From: Candidatus Methanoperedenaceae archaeon
Lineage (GTDB): Archaea; Halobacteriota; Methanosarcinia; Methanosarcinales; Methanoperedenaceae
Reading direction: 5' to 3'
Assembly: GCA_963753595.1 (NCBI GenBank)
Contig: CAVWCX010000003.1
Location: 58,755 to 122,754 of the forward strand
Length of the DNA: 64,000 nucleotides
Shown here: positions 39,911 through 50,696 of the stretch, piece after piece
Numbering within the stretch: the stretch's first letter is position 1
Layout: every line of letters begins with the position of its first letter
Translations under genes and position numbers: made by a program
Notes under the pieces: model-generated
The model's input: the letters and a program-made list of their open reading frames with translations, nothing else
Database searches by the model: none
What the model was told of the DNA's origin: nothing

Positions 39911-40032
39911 AGTGAGTAGTATCATAATGATGATTGGTGATGACAGGTTATTTACATCTTTTTCCGGCCACAGGCCAACAATAGAAGATCTTAAAAACAA
40001 GCGCCTGGAAAAGGAAGCGATGTATTTTATGT

Positions 40033-40371
40033 ATGTATGACGTAAGGCAGGATATGGATGCGGGATTAGCATACGGATTATTTGAATTGTTGTTAGTATT
40101 GATAATAATAGTGTTACCGATAGTTATTTCATATTTCATATTTTATCATATTTCGAAAAAGAAGACCTTCAGCGCAATCGGGTCAATAACAGGGATTATC
40201 GTAACTTTAATACTGGGTTACGGGGCCGGGCTTTTCTGGGCCATACTTGGATTAACCGGAGCATCAGATTTCCCACTTGCCCCAATAGTGATGTCTATAT
40301 CAATGATCGCAGGAACAGCACTGATCGGATTTGCGGTCGTTAAACTTTTAGACAAAAATATCCATGTTTAA
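40033..40371 (+). CDS. 3-TM hypothetical membrane protein
   Basis: Three hydrophobic helices. Confidence 0.65.
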   Translation: MYDVRQDMDAGLAYGLFELLLVLIIIVLPIVISYFIFYHISKKKTFSAIGSITGIIVTLILGYGAGLFWAILGLTGASDFPLAPIVMSISMIAGTALIGFAVVKLLDKNIHV

Positions 40372-40417
40372 TAAAAACTATAAGATAGTAATAAATGTTT
40401 ATAGCCCATATGAGTAA

Positions 40418-40451
40418 AAAAGTCCTGAATATTAGATAAAAGTCCTGAATA
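40418..40451. promoter_or_regulatory. Direct repeat AAAAGTCCTGAATA x2 (20-bp period) upstream of the ABC operon
   Basis: Read directly. Function inferred from position only. Confidence 0.4.
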
Positions 40452-40468
40452 ATTAAATATAATAAATC

Positions 40469-41401
40469 ATGGAACCAATAATAGAATTTCGTTCGATCAC
40501 AAAAAGCTATGGGGATTTCAAAGTACTGGATAATGTGACTCTGGGTATTGAAAAGGGGATAATATTCGGTCTTCTCGGGCCAAATGGCGCCGGAAAGTCA
40601 ACTTTGATCAAAGTCCTGTCCTGCCAATCAAGACCATCATCAGGTCACGCATTTATCTGCGGTCTTGATGTTGTATCTGATAAGAAAGACGTACTTTCAA
40701 TTATCGGGGTTGTCCCTCAGGAGAACAGTTTCTATGATGAGCTTACTGTGAGTGAAAACCTCATGTTCTTCGGTTCATTATATCGAATACCTGTTATTGA
40801 TATCAAGAAAAGGAGCCATCAAATACTTGCATTGCTAAAACTTGATGAAAAAAGTAATACCCGGGCCAATAACCTGTCAGGGGGAATGAAGACAAGGCTG
40901 AATATCGCATGTGCGCTCATTCATAAACCAGAGGTATTGATCCTTGATGAACCAAGTGTGGGGCTTGACCCGGTATCAAGACAAGCCCTCTGGGAGACCA
41001 TCAGGGTCGTTAACGGGGAAGGAACTACGATCCTTCTTACCACACATTATATGGAAGAGGCGGACATATTGTGCGATCGGATACTGATCATGAACAGGGG
41101 AAAAATAGTTATCGAGGGAAAACAGGATGATTTGAAAAAAAAGGTGGGGGAAAAGGTTATTTTGATAACAAGCTCCCCCGGCAACTATTCTGCTATTAAA
41201 AATAATCTGGGGTCAGTGGAAAAGATATCATCCTGCAGCGTAAATGAAAAAGGGCTGAAAATTACTTTTATGGATGAGCAGCCACTCCAGGTGATTTTTG
41301 AGATCTTTGAATCGCAGGGAGAGACTATCAGGAATATTGAATCAAGCACACCCAGCCTGGAAGACGTATTTATTCATGCTTCAGGAGAAGAGTGGCATTG
41401 A
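40469..41401 (+). CDS. ABC-2 type ATP-binding protein
   Basis: GPNGAGKST, LSGGM, LDEP, TTHYMEEA. Confidence 0.93.
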   Translation: MEPIIEFRSITKSYGDFKVLDNVTLGIEKGIIFGLLGPNGAGKSTLIKVLSCQSRPSSGHAFICGLDVVSDKKDVLSIIGVVPQENSFYDELTVSENLMFFGSLYRIPVIDIKKRSHQILALLKLDEKSNTRANNLSGGMKTRLNIACALIHKPEVLILDEPSVGLDPVSRQALWETIRVVNGEGTTILLTTHYMEEADILCDRILIMNRGKIVIEGKQDDLKKKVGEKVILITSSPGNYSAIKNNLGSVEKISSCSVNEKGLKITFMDEQPLQVIFEIFESQGETIRNIESSTPSLEDVFIHASGEEWH

Positions 41402-43303
41402 GCATCGTTCCAGTCATAAAGAAAGATTTTTTAGTATATGTCCGCCACAGGAAGACTTTACTTTTGATATTTCTTGCTCCTATTCTTATCATGATATTGA
41501 TCGGTTCAGTGTTCTCAGGAGCATCCGGTGAAGGCTTAAAAGAAGTAAAACTGGGCGTCGGGGGCGGGTCAACACTCGGGAATAACATAATCGAAGAATT
41601 AAACAGCAGCAAGATGTTCATAATCGTTAAAGAGAACACTAATGACCCGTCTGTTATCGAAGATGGTGTCATGAAGGGAAAATACAGCGCCGGGATATTT
41701 ATTCCCGAAAACCAGACGCAATCCATGAAATTATATATTGATAATTCCCGCGTCCAGATAGCGCCTGTAATATCTACGGTTTTCCTTACCACCACTGAAA
41801 AAATGTCCTACGAACTCACACTTGGTTTTATCAGCAAGCTCTGGGAAAACCTGGGAGAGATGGAATCAGAACTTGCTCCATTAAAAGAAGGAGTATTTTT
41901 AATAAACGGGAATATCAGCAGACTTAACAATGATACGCAGAATGTGCTTGTCCAGCTGGATGAGATCAATGTGACCAGGATGAATCAATCCATTAATATG
42001 ATGAAAACCTCGCTTGACCAGATGGGGATCGACCTCTCCCGGACATCCGTGGATATAAATACAACCCGGAATGACATTTTAGAACTTGATAAGAATGTAA
42101 GTTCTATCTATAATGACTCAGCGAGCTTGAGAGATGACCTGAAGCTTGTTGTTGATAATATCGATTCTACGGATGCCGCATTATTGGCGATCCAGAGCGA
42201 TCTTCAGGGAACATATCATTCAACATGTACTATTCCTTCAACACCACAATGCATTTCCATTGCAAACACAGTCCTGCAGATCCAGAATACAAGGGCGCTT
42301 TTACTTGAAAAGACAGACCGTATAAGATCACTTTATAATGGCCTTGCAAATGTTGCCCAGAAAGGCTCTGAATTACATGAAAAACTGATACGCACCGACA
42401 TCAGGTTGCAGAATATGCAAGCTTTGATCGGCAATTACATATTTGAGATCACAAATATCCAGGGAAATATCTCAAACATCCAGACTGCCATCGTAATCCT
42501 GGATCAGGTCAAGGCCCAGTCAGCCAATGTTTCCATCCAGATGAACAACCTCTCAACAGAAATGGAAAACAGCACTTCAAACCTGATATCAGAAATTAAC
42601 AGGACAAAAAACTATCCTGGGTGATGTAAGAAATAAGTCACCTGCTGCTATTGCTGCCCCCATAAAATTAGAAAGGGAACCGGTATTCAAAAACATGTCT
42701 AATCTTGATTTCCTGATGCCTGCGATCGTATCTATCGTCCTGATGTTCATTTCATTCCTGCTTTCATCAATAACGATAGTGCAGGAGAGAACCAAAAAGA
42801 CCCTTTTGAGAACACTTTTGACACCCTTATCACTTGAGGAGTTCATTATCGCAAAGACCCTGGCTCTTATTCTTATAGCCCTGCTCCAGGGAATTATCCT
42901 GGTGATCGTTGCATACCTGTTCTATGGGATCCTGATCCCGACAAGCCAGCTTGGACTATTGTTCCTCGCGATCCTTGTATATTCAGCAGCTTTCATAGGA
43001 ATCGGTATGGCAGTTGCAACGTTTGCAGAATCGGAAAACACAGCCATGTTATCATCCCTTGTGCTGAGTATCCCCATGCTCTTCCTTTGCGGTGTTTTTT
43101 TCCCGTTTGAGACCATGCCGGCATTGATGGTAAAGATCGGGAGCGCCCTTCCAATAACAATGGGCATCAGGGCTCTTGATTCAGTATTGATATACCAGGA
43201 AGGTTTTGGCGCACTTTCAGGATATCTCCTGCCGCTTCTTTTATATGGCATTGCGGGACTGGGAATGGCGTATATCCTGTTAAGGAAGGAAATTATGGAT
43301 TAA
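41392..43303 (+). pseudogene. ABC-2 permease with long coiled-coil insert (YhgE/Pip-like), frameshifted in an A6 run (42606-42611)
   Basis: Removing one A fuses 41392-42624 with 42695-43303 (ERTKKTLLR, LCGVFFP). Confidence 0.8.
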
Positions 43304-43359
43304 AGCCAGTAAATTTTTGTTATCGTTAAGAACTTAATTTTTAATATAATATATGAACA

Positions 43360-43410
43360 CTTTGCGTTCTTTGCATGCTTTGCAGTGTTTGATTTTATTC
43401 ACCGCAAAGG
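43360..43410. repeat. (CTTTGCnnn)3 arm followed by CACCGCAAAGG, ends of the TIR element family
   Basis: Matches the termini of the elements at 22878 and 57269. Confidence 0.65.
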
Positions 43411-43480
43411 ACTCAGAAGATCCCGATTTGATAAGTTTAAAACGATAAATTAACTATAAATAATCGTTCCCACGAAAACG

Positions 43481-43550
43481 AACCACAGAGAGCCCAGAGT
43501 TCACAGAGAGAGGTTGTTTTTTCTCTGTGTCCTCTGGGTTCTCTGTGGTT
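43481..43550. repeat. Hairpin with 29-bp arms built of three 9-nt CACAGAG-type subrepeats
   Basis: AACCACAGAGAGCCCAGAGTTCACAGAGA versus the reverse complement of the right arm AACCACAGAGAACCCAGAGGACACAGAGA (3 mismatches). Confidence 0.9.
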
Positions 43551-43624
43551 TTCGAATTATTCCAGAGAAATAATTAAAGTTTTGCAAAATTATAAATAAA
43601 ATCTCGTATAATCTTATCCTCCAT

Positions 43625-43969
43625 ATGGCATGGTTCGAAGTAGATATCTTCAAGAAATGTGTTGAGGTTGACCTGCATAATTATTCAACAAGGACGGCGC
43701 TCATGGCAGCCCGCGAAAAGATCAAAGAGGCTTATGAGCATGGGTTCAGGCATGTGAAATTGATTCACGGGGCAACAAATATTACGAATAAGAATGAAGG
43801 CGGAAGCATAAAGTTCGCATTGCGCACCATGTTAAAAAGCGGGGAACTTGACAAATGGATAGATAAAAATGGTTCCAGGGTCAGGGATGAATCCCTGATA
43901 CTTGAAATCAGGAAGAATCCAGTGGCGGTGGAGCGGGAGTGGAAAGAGATGCCTCTGGAGGAATATTAG
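43625..43969 (+). CDS. Stand-alone Smr-domain protein
   Basis: VDLH...VKLIHGA motif, 114 aa. Confidence 0.75.
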   Translation: MAWFEVDIFKKCVEVDLHNYSTRTALMAAREKIKEAYEHGFRHVKLIHGATNITNKNEGGSIKFALRTMLKSGELDKWIDKNGSRVRDESLILEIRKNPVAVEREWKEMPLEEY

Positions 43970-44059
43970 GTCGAATTGTTTTTCATTGATTATGAGCAAC
44001 CGGTTTATTCATGTCGCTGCCATGCCAATTCATGGTGGTAATTCCTCTAATGCTGCGAC

Positions 44060-44600
44060 ACTTTAAGCTTTAATTTTTCCTGACATTAATTCTTTAACCT
44101 CTATAAATCGACAGCATAAAGAACCCGATACATCACAATATTCTCAATCGAATATGTATTCCTATGGGATTAATCTTCCATGGGCTTTAGAATCAATAAC
44201 TAGATTTTCTTCGAATTGGATCATACTCAAATTACATCTGTAAGAAGAAAAATAGTCACGAATTAACCGAACAATATACCGAAATCGGATGATTTTTTCT
44301 AAATCTTTATTCAATTATTTCATCGATAAGAACTTCAAACGGAGCATACGTTTCTTTTCTAAACTATATCAATTTCAGCTTGAAATTTTTCTTCATTCGG
44401 GATTTAATTATTTTTTGATAATCCCTTTAAAATCTGCAAGACGGCGGTAATATTATTTATATATTCATCGCTTATAATCCTACGATTGGATACCTTAATC
44501 CATAAGCAGTATTTAATACAGTGTCAAATATCCAATCACCAAATTTATAATCTGATAACCTTTCTTTTGTTTTCTCATTTATTGTAATGGTTGTTGGCAT
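44060..44600 (-). pseudogene. Decayed type II toxin-antitoxin pair (antitoxin plus RelE-like)
   Basis: MPTTITINEKTKERL...FDTVLN antitoxin-like start, then fragments FEVLIDE and YRVLYAVD broken by stops and frameshifts. Confidence 0.5.
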
Positions 44601-44702
44601 AATTAAAACAATTGTTTTAATTGATGTTAAATTTTTCGGACAGTGCTATTTCAAATGGATACTGGATAATCTCTTTATATCGCAAATCCAATAAGTCAGG
44701 AT

Positions 44703-45636
44703 ATGCATTTTGACAAATATTGCGCCCAGATCGATGCCCTCAACACCGACGACGCAACAAAAAATGCTATGCATAAATCCTTTGCCCGAAGGATGGAATT
44801 ATTCGGCAACGACCTGCTTTTTTTCAGGGAGCCTTTTACGCCGATATCATTGACAGGCACTCACTGCTCTTTGAAATGCAAGCATTGCGATTCACATTAT
44901 CTTGCTCATATGCTTGATGGCTCAAATGGCAAACTTCGATCTTGCGCACATCAACTGGCCGGCGCTAATGGAATATTGTTAAGCGGCGGAAGTTTACCTG
45001 ATGGAAGTGTTCCTACCTACTTGCAGGCTGATGAGATCGCACAAATAAAAAAGGATACACATCTTAAGATCAGCGCACACACCGGGATCGTTAACAGGGA
45101 ACAGGCAGAACTGCTTTCAAAATATCTTGACATGGCGCTCGTGGATGTTATCGGGGATGATGAGACTATACATGATATCCTCGGGCTTTCTGCATCAGTG
45201 CAGGATTATGAAAATACATTATCGCACCTGTCGTATTTCGGGATCAGGCTTGCGCCGCATATCATTGTGGGACTGCATAACGGTGAATTAAAAGGGGAAA
45301 TAAGAGCACTTGAGATCGCCAGGAAATTCGATCCTGAAGTTGTCGTGATAGTTGTATTCATACCCACAAAAGGGACAGCATCGCAAGGTGCAGCGCCTCC
45401 TGGAATTGAAGATGTTGTAAAGGTAATAACAAAAGCGCGGGAAATGTTTGATGTGCCCCTGTCATTGAGCTGCGTGCGCCCTGGCGGACGATATCGTTCA
45501 ATGCTTGATAAATACGCGGTCATTGTCCGGAATTGACAGGATGGCTGTGCCATCAAGAAGCGCCTACCGGACAGGACAGGATATCGGTTTGAACATTATC
45601 GAGATACCAAAAATGTGCTGTTCTTATGGAGTCTAA
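44703..45636 (+). pseudogene. Radical SAM protein (LipS1-like), frameshifted at about 45522
   Basis: ISLTGTHCSLKCKHC, APHIIVGLH, SCVRP. The shifted frame gives LSGIDRMAVP...MCCSYGV. Confidence 0.72.
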
Positions 45637-46457
45637 ATGATAAAAATTGCAGGACATGATGATGTAGATATTTATGCGCCGGATAATTCAAGATTTTCTT
45701 TCATGAAAAGCCCTTATGCAGCCCATAAGACAAACAGTGCCGTTGATATTTATTATGGATGTTTCGGGAATGATGCTCTTTCCCCGGTTGATGGAAAGGT
45801 GATCGATATCCAGAGTTTCAATACGCCTACCCCCTTTAAAAACAGGGATTCCAAAGAATATCTTATAGCGATACAACAGGGAAAATACGTGGTTAAAATA
45901 ATCCATATAGAACCTGATATTTCAATCGGCGAGGAAATATCAATTGGAGAACGCATAGGGACATTTATCAAGAATGGATATTTTATTTTCTGGAATGATC
46001 CTGTAATGCATGTCGAGGTCAGGGATCCCCATAATTATTTGCGGGCATCGAATGATCAGGAAACTTTCGCCAAATATTGAATGGAGAAGCCTTCCGGATG
46101 GAAAAAAAGTGGAATTTGAGTGTGTTGTTGAAGAGGTAAACGAGAATTATTCTCTCCTTTATGCCCCATCCCTGAGCTGCGGGATGATCAGGGGATTCGC
46201 GATTGATGGCGGGTTTATTGACGGCTATATAGTCAAATGAGGACGACCATTTCTTTGGAATACTCAAACCAGGAGGATTTTTCCGCCCGGAAGTTTTTTT
46301 TCTTGAAATAACAAACGAAAATAGACCGGTAAGATGTTCCGGAATTGCCTTTTGTTTATCTTTCAATGAACCCAGGATAAAGTTGATCCCGGAAAAATAT
46401 GGTGATAAACCGTTATTTCCGGATGATAAAATTAAGATCCTGCTCGATATTCATTAA
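45637..46457 (+). pseudogene. M23-peptidase-like hypothetical protein with two frameshifts (about 46057 and 46232)
   Basis: AHK-AVDIY, SPVDGKV, MHVEVR. Three consecutive frames join by single-base removals. Confidence 0.6.
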
Positions 46458-46462
46458 TTACT

Positions 46463-47002
46463 TCATTCACATGAACAGAAGGACCCTTGATTTTCTTTTC
46501 GAAGCCTCACCCTCAATACATCTGCTGCACTGCTTATATCAGTTTCGTAAAGATCCCTGATCATTGAATCATATAAATCAGAGTAGATTTGAAGAAGTTC
46601 TTTTTCTGCTTTATCTCTCAAATCCGTATTTTCAGGCGCCAGAATTATATGAAAATCATCCTGGTGTGTTATTACAAATTTTCGCAGGTCTTCAACTTTT
46701 TTCATTTCCGGCAATAACCTGAGCACCCGGATAATGGGAGTGCCTCTTTTTTTTCGCTGCCTTGGACCATCGTGAATATATAATCCAACGAGTCCACGGT
46801 CTGTTTTTATTATTGCGGTCAAAGTGAGAGCCCCTGCGCCGCTGCACACTTCCACTTTTTCGCTGAGTATAGAATAACCACCATCGGATAATTGTTGTTT
46901 TGCAAATTGCATGAGAGATATTTCGTATTCCTTTTCAGGAACACCCCAGTAATCGTTCATGACAGCAAGCTGGTACGGATGGATATTTATAATTATCTTC
47001 AA
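46463..47002 (-). CDS. Hypothetical protein, 5' end uncertain
   Basis: 179-codon ORF co-oriented downstream of the mutase genes. Confidence 0.55.
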   Translation of the reverse strand: MKIIINIHPYQLAVMNDYWGVPEKEYEISLMQFAKQQLSDGGYSILSEKVEVCSGAGALTLTAIIKTDRGLVGLYIHDGPRQRKKRGTPIIRVLRLLPEMKKVEDLRKFVITHQDDFHIILAPENTDLRDKAEKELLQIYSDLYDSMIRDLYETDISSAADVLRVRLRKENQGSFCSCE

Positions 47003-47060
47003 GAAGGATTAAACGATATGGAAGCAAAAGTCAAGTCAATACCCATCCACTGCTATAATC

Positions 47061-47471
47061 TCAACAGTTCTTTCCTACTTTTTCTTTTACAAATTTCACT
47101 ATATCCTCTGTGTTCGTACCAGGGCCAAAAATTTCTGCGATATTAATATTTTTCAAAGCAGGCACATCCTCATCTGGTATTATACCCCCCGCAAAAACAA
47201 TTATATCAACCCTATTCTCTTTCAATAATTCCATTATCTTCGGGAAAAGGGTGGTGTGCGCACCTGAGAGGATGGAAAGACCAATAGCATCCACATCTTC
47301 CTGTACCGCAGCCTCAACTATCTGCTCCGGCGTCCGGTGAAGACCCGTATATATAACATCCATTCCAGCGTCCCTGAGCGCTCTTGATACTATTTTTATT
47401 CCCCTGTCATGGCCGTCCAGACCAGGTTTAGCCATTAAAATTCTTATTTTATTCTCCTCCATTTTATTCAT
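47061..47471 (-). CDS. Acyl-CoA mutase small subunit (cobalamin-binding)
   Basis: [10 protein letters not shown] (DxHxxG), [19 protein letters not shown]. Confidence 0.93.
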   Translation of the reverse strand: MNKMEENKIRILMAKPGLDGHDRGIKIVSRALRDAGMDVIYTGLHRTPEQIVEAAVQEDVDAIGLSILSGAHTTLFPKIMELLKENRVDIIVFAGGIIPDEDVPALKNINIAEIFGPGTNTEDIVKFVKEKVGKNC

Positions 47472-47472
47472 C

Positions 47473-49179
47473 TCAGAAAATTGCTTTCTCCCTGTATTCA
47501 CCATATATTGAACGAAGAACATTGCATATCTCTCCAACTGTGGCATAACATTTAACGCACTCTATTATCGGATACATCAGATTTCCTTCACTTTGTGCAA
47601 CTTTTTTAAGCTCATCCAGCGTATCTTCAACTTTCTTCCTGTCCCTTGTCAGGCGCAATTTCTTCAGTTTCGCGATCTGCTTTTTTTGCACAGCCTCATT
47701 TATCTTCAGCGTCTCTATAGGCCTTATCTCATCCAGGGTGAATTGATTCACACCTACAACGACTCTCTCCTTCTTTTCCACTTCCTTCTGGTACATGTAT
47801 GATGCATCCGTAATCTCTCTCTGGAAAAAGCCGGTCTCTATGCCATTTATCATGCCAGAAAGCATTTTCCATTCTCCACTGCCAAGAGACTCAATAGTCC
47901 CAATATATTTCAAAGCTCTCTCTTCCAGTTCGTTGGTTAATGCCTCAATGAAGTATGAACCCGCCAGAGGGTCAATAGTATTAATCACTCCACTCTCGTA
48001 TGCTATTATCTGCTGCGTGCGAAGTGAAGTACAGACAGCTTTCTCAGTAGGCAGTGCATATGCTTCATCCATCGAATTTGTATGAAGCGATTGAGTTCCT
48101 CCAAGGACTGCTGCCAGGGCCTGAATTGTTGTGCGAACGATGTTGTTCTCCGGCTGCTGGGCAGTCAGGGAGGAACCTGCGGTCTGCGTATGAAAACGGA
48201 GCATCCATGAAGCTGGATTTTTTGCCCCATATTTTTCTTTCATTATCCGCGCCCATATTCTGCGTGCTGCGCGAAACTTTGAAATTTCTTCGAAGAAGTC
48301 ATTGTGTGAGTTGAAAAAGAATGAAAGGCGGGGAGCGAAATCATCAATGTTTAGTTTCCTTTGTAGCGCCGCTTCGACATAACCCATTCCGCTTGCCAAC
48401 GTGAACGCGAGTTCCTGTGTCGCATTCGCTCCTGCTTCTCTCATGTGATATCCGCTTATGCTTATCGAATTCCATTTCGGCATGAACTCACCACAGTACT
48501 CCAGTATGTCCGCTGAAATGCGTATCGAAGGTTTGGGCGGAAATATGAAATTCCCCCTCGCTATATATTCTTTGAATAGATCATTTTGGAGTGTTCCTGT
48601 TAGTTTATCCGCAGTTACGTTCTGCTTTTCCCCTATGAGAATATACATTGCCAATAAAACAGCAGCGGGCGCATTTATAGTCATAGATGTGCTCACCTTA
48701 TCAAGAGGTATACCATTGAAAAGGATTTCCATGTCTTCAAGTGAGTTTATTGATACGCCCACTTTCCCAACCTCTCCAAGCGCACGAATATCGTCTGAGT
48801 CGTAACCCAGCTGAGTGGGTAAATCGAAGGCAACACTGAGACCGGTCTGGCCCTGCGAGAGCAAGAATTTGTATCTTTCATTGGTTTCCTCCGCAGAACC
48901 AAAACCCGCATACTGTCGCATAGTCCATATTCTTCCGCGGTAACCTGTTGGATATATATTCCTGACGTACGGGAACTCTCCGGGGAAACCCAGATCTTCT
49001 GCGTAGTCCATTTTCGCGATATCAGTTGGTGTATAAACCCTTTTTATAGGAATTCCTGAAATGGTCGCAAACGTCTGTTTACCCTCAGGGACTTTTTCGA
49101 GCACTTTCTTGAGAGTTGTGCTCTCCCATTCCTTTGTTCTTATTCCTATTTTTTTTAGCTTTTCTTCTTCAAAAACCAT
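47473..49179 (-). CDS. Methylmalonyl-CoA mutase large subunit
   Basis: [10 protein letters not shown] (Tyr), [33 protein letters not shown]. Confidence 0.92.
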   Translation of the reverse strand: MVFEEEKLKKIGIRTKEWESTTLKKVLEKVPEGKQTFATISGIPIKRVYTPTDIAKMDYAEDLGFPGEFPYVRNIYPTGYRGRIWTMRQYAGFGSAEETNERYKFLLSQGQTGLSVAFDLPTQLGYDSDDIRALGEVGKVGVSINSLEDMEILFNGIPLDKVSTSMTINAPAAVLLAMYILIGEKQNVTADKLTGTLQNDLFKEYIARGNFIFPPKPSIRISADILEYCGEFMPKWNSISISGYHMREAGANATQELAFTLASGMGYVEAALQRKLNIDDFAPRLSFFFNSHNDFFEEISKFRAARRIWARIMKEKYGAKNPASWMLRFHTQTAGSSLTAQQPENNIVRTTIQALAAVLGGTQSLHTNSMDEAYALPTEKAVCTSLRTQQIIAYESGVINTIDPLAGSYFIEALTNELEERALKYIGTIESLGSGEWKMLSGMINGIETGFFQREITDASYMYQKEVEKKERVVVGVNQFTLDEIRPIETLKINEAVQKKQIAKLKKLRLTRDRKKVEDTLDELKKVAQSEGNLMYPIIECVKCYATVGEICNVLRSIYGEYREKAIF

Positions 49180-49186
49180 ATCAATC

Positions 49187-49528
49187 CTATACTATCGGCT
49201 CGAATTTGAATCCGTATACTTCTCTATTTTCGACTGTGCGCAGCTTCCCCCACACAGGATGCAGTTTCATCCCTGGTTTTGGGTTGTCGGCCATTATTTG
49301 CCCCATTGCCCGGACTTTGTTATTGAATTCCACTATGCCCAGTTTCAATGGGGAAATTTCAATCCCTCTGGGCAGGGCATAGAGCTTCGTAAAGGTGATC
49401 AATTTACACTCATCTCCAAGGCTGACTTCATCAAATTCTGTGTTCTTACAATTCAAACAACGCTCGTGCTTTGGGTACATGACTTTGCCGCAGTGCCTGC
49501 ACCTCCATCCCATCATTTTGTCCTGCAT
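49187..49528 (-). CDS. DUF35 Zn-ribbon/OB-fold protein
   Basis: CRHCG-YP-CLNC plus OB-fold, 1 bp after the thiolase stop. Confidence 0.9.
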   Translation of the reverse strand: MQDKMMGWRCRHCGKVMYPKHERCLNCKNTEFDEVSLGDECKLITFTKLYALPRGIEISPLKLGIVEFNNKVRAMGQIMADNPKPGMKLHPVWGKLRTVENREVYGFKFEPIV

Positions 49529-49529
49529 T

Positions 49530-50696
49530 TCAGTCGCCTCGCTCCAGAATGTGAACAACAGTATTGTTACCAAAACCTCCAAAATTGCATGCCAGTGCTC
49601 GCTGGGGATCCTTCACCTGTCTATCGCCGGCCTCGCCGCGCAGCTGCAAGACCAACTCTACGATCTGGGCAACTCCAGTCGCTCCCACAGGATGACCCTT
49701 CGCTTTTAATCCACCGGAAGGATTTATGGGAAGCTCTCCATCAATAGCTGTGACGCCTTTCTCCACCGCCAATTGCCCCTCGCCCTTTTTGAAAAATCCG
49801 ATATCTTCACTCTGTGCTATTTCCAGGATCTCAAACGCATCGTGCAGTTCGGTGACATCTATATCTCCGGGCTTGAGCTTTGCCATCTTGAACGCGCGCT
49901 CGGCTGCGATCTTTACTGATTTTAAGATTATCGGATCTTCCCGCTCCTGGAGAGTATGGGTGTCTGTTGCATGCCCAAACCCAAGGATTTTTACAGGCTT
50001 TGTAGTGAACTCTTTTGCTTTTTCTGCAGGGCACAAAACTAGCGCTGCCGCACCATCACTTATCGGGCAGCAGTGATAAAGCCGCAAAGGATCAGAAATC
50101 ATAGCTGATGTAATGACATCCTCTACAGTACATAGCTTGTGGATCTGAGCATATGGATTCTTCATACCATTTGCATGGTTTTTCACAGCTACCATTGCCA
50201 GGTGGCGTTCGGTGAGGCTATAGCGCTCCATGTAAAGGCGGGTAAATAGTGCTGCCATCGCAGGCATTGTAGCGCCGTGCACATATTCTGCAGTAGGATG
50301 GTTCACTGTAGACATAAGATCGGAGATTGTGCTTGTATCAACTCCGGTCATTTTCTCCCCACCAACGACGAGCACCAGATCACTTGCTCCAGAAGCCACC
50401 GCTAAAAAGCCATTCTTAACCGCCGATCCCCCTGACGCCGGCCCATTCTCAATTCGCTCTGAAGATGCAGGAATCAGGTTGATCCGATCCACCAGGGCGC
50501 TTGCGATTGCAGCCTGATGGGAAAGCTCTCCGGCAAGCATGTTCCCAACGTAGACTGAATCAAAGTCACGCTCGCTAGTTCCGGCATCGTCGATCGCTTT
50601 GAGCGAGGCCTCCACCAGAATCTCCATCAGGTCTTTTCCATCGAGGCGCCCGAATTTCGTCATGCTGCAGCCAATGATTGCTACGTCTCTCATCAT
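49530..50696 (-). CDS. Thiolase-fold protein (SCP2 type) lacking both catalytic Cys
   Basis: IENGPASG in place of ENACAS, ELHDAF in place of HDCF, SGGL-GHPVGATG retained. Confidence 0.88.
   Translation of the reverse strand: MMRDVAIIGCSMTKFGRLDGKDLMEILVEASLKAIDDAGTSERDFDSVYVGNMLAGELSHQAAIASALVDRINLIPASSERIENGPASGGSAVKNGFLAVASGASDLVLVVGGEKMTGVDTSTISDLMSTVNHPTAEYVHGATMPAMAALFTRLYMERYSLTERHLAMVAVKNHANGMKNPYAQIHKLCTVEDVITSAMISDPLRLYHCCPISDGAAALVLCPAEKAKEFTTKPVKILGFGHATDTHTLQEREDPIILKSVKIAAERAFKMAKLKPGDIDVTELHDAFEILEIAQSEDIGFFKKGEGQLAVEKGVTAIDGELPINPSGGLKAKGHPVGATGVAQIVELVLQLRGEAGDRQVKDPQRALACNFGGFGNNTVVHILERGD

Noticed and set aside
39840-40040. Selenocysteine read-through of the in-frame TGA at 39882
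   Set aside because: No redox motif, SECIS-like hairpin or recognisable family. A decayed ORF or chance is more likely.
37945-46457. tRNA-Trp-anchored integrated island
   Set aside because: No integrase and no duplicated tRNA 3' end seen in the window.
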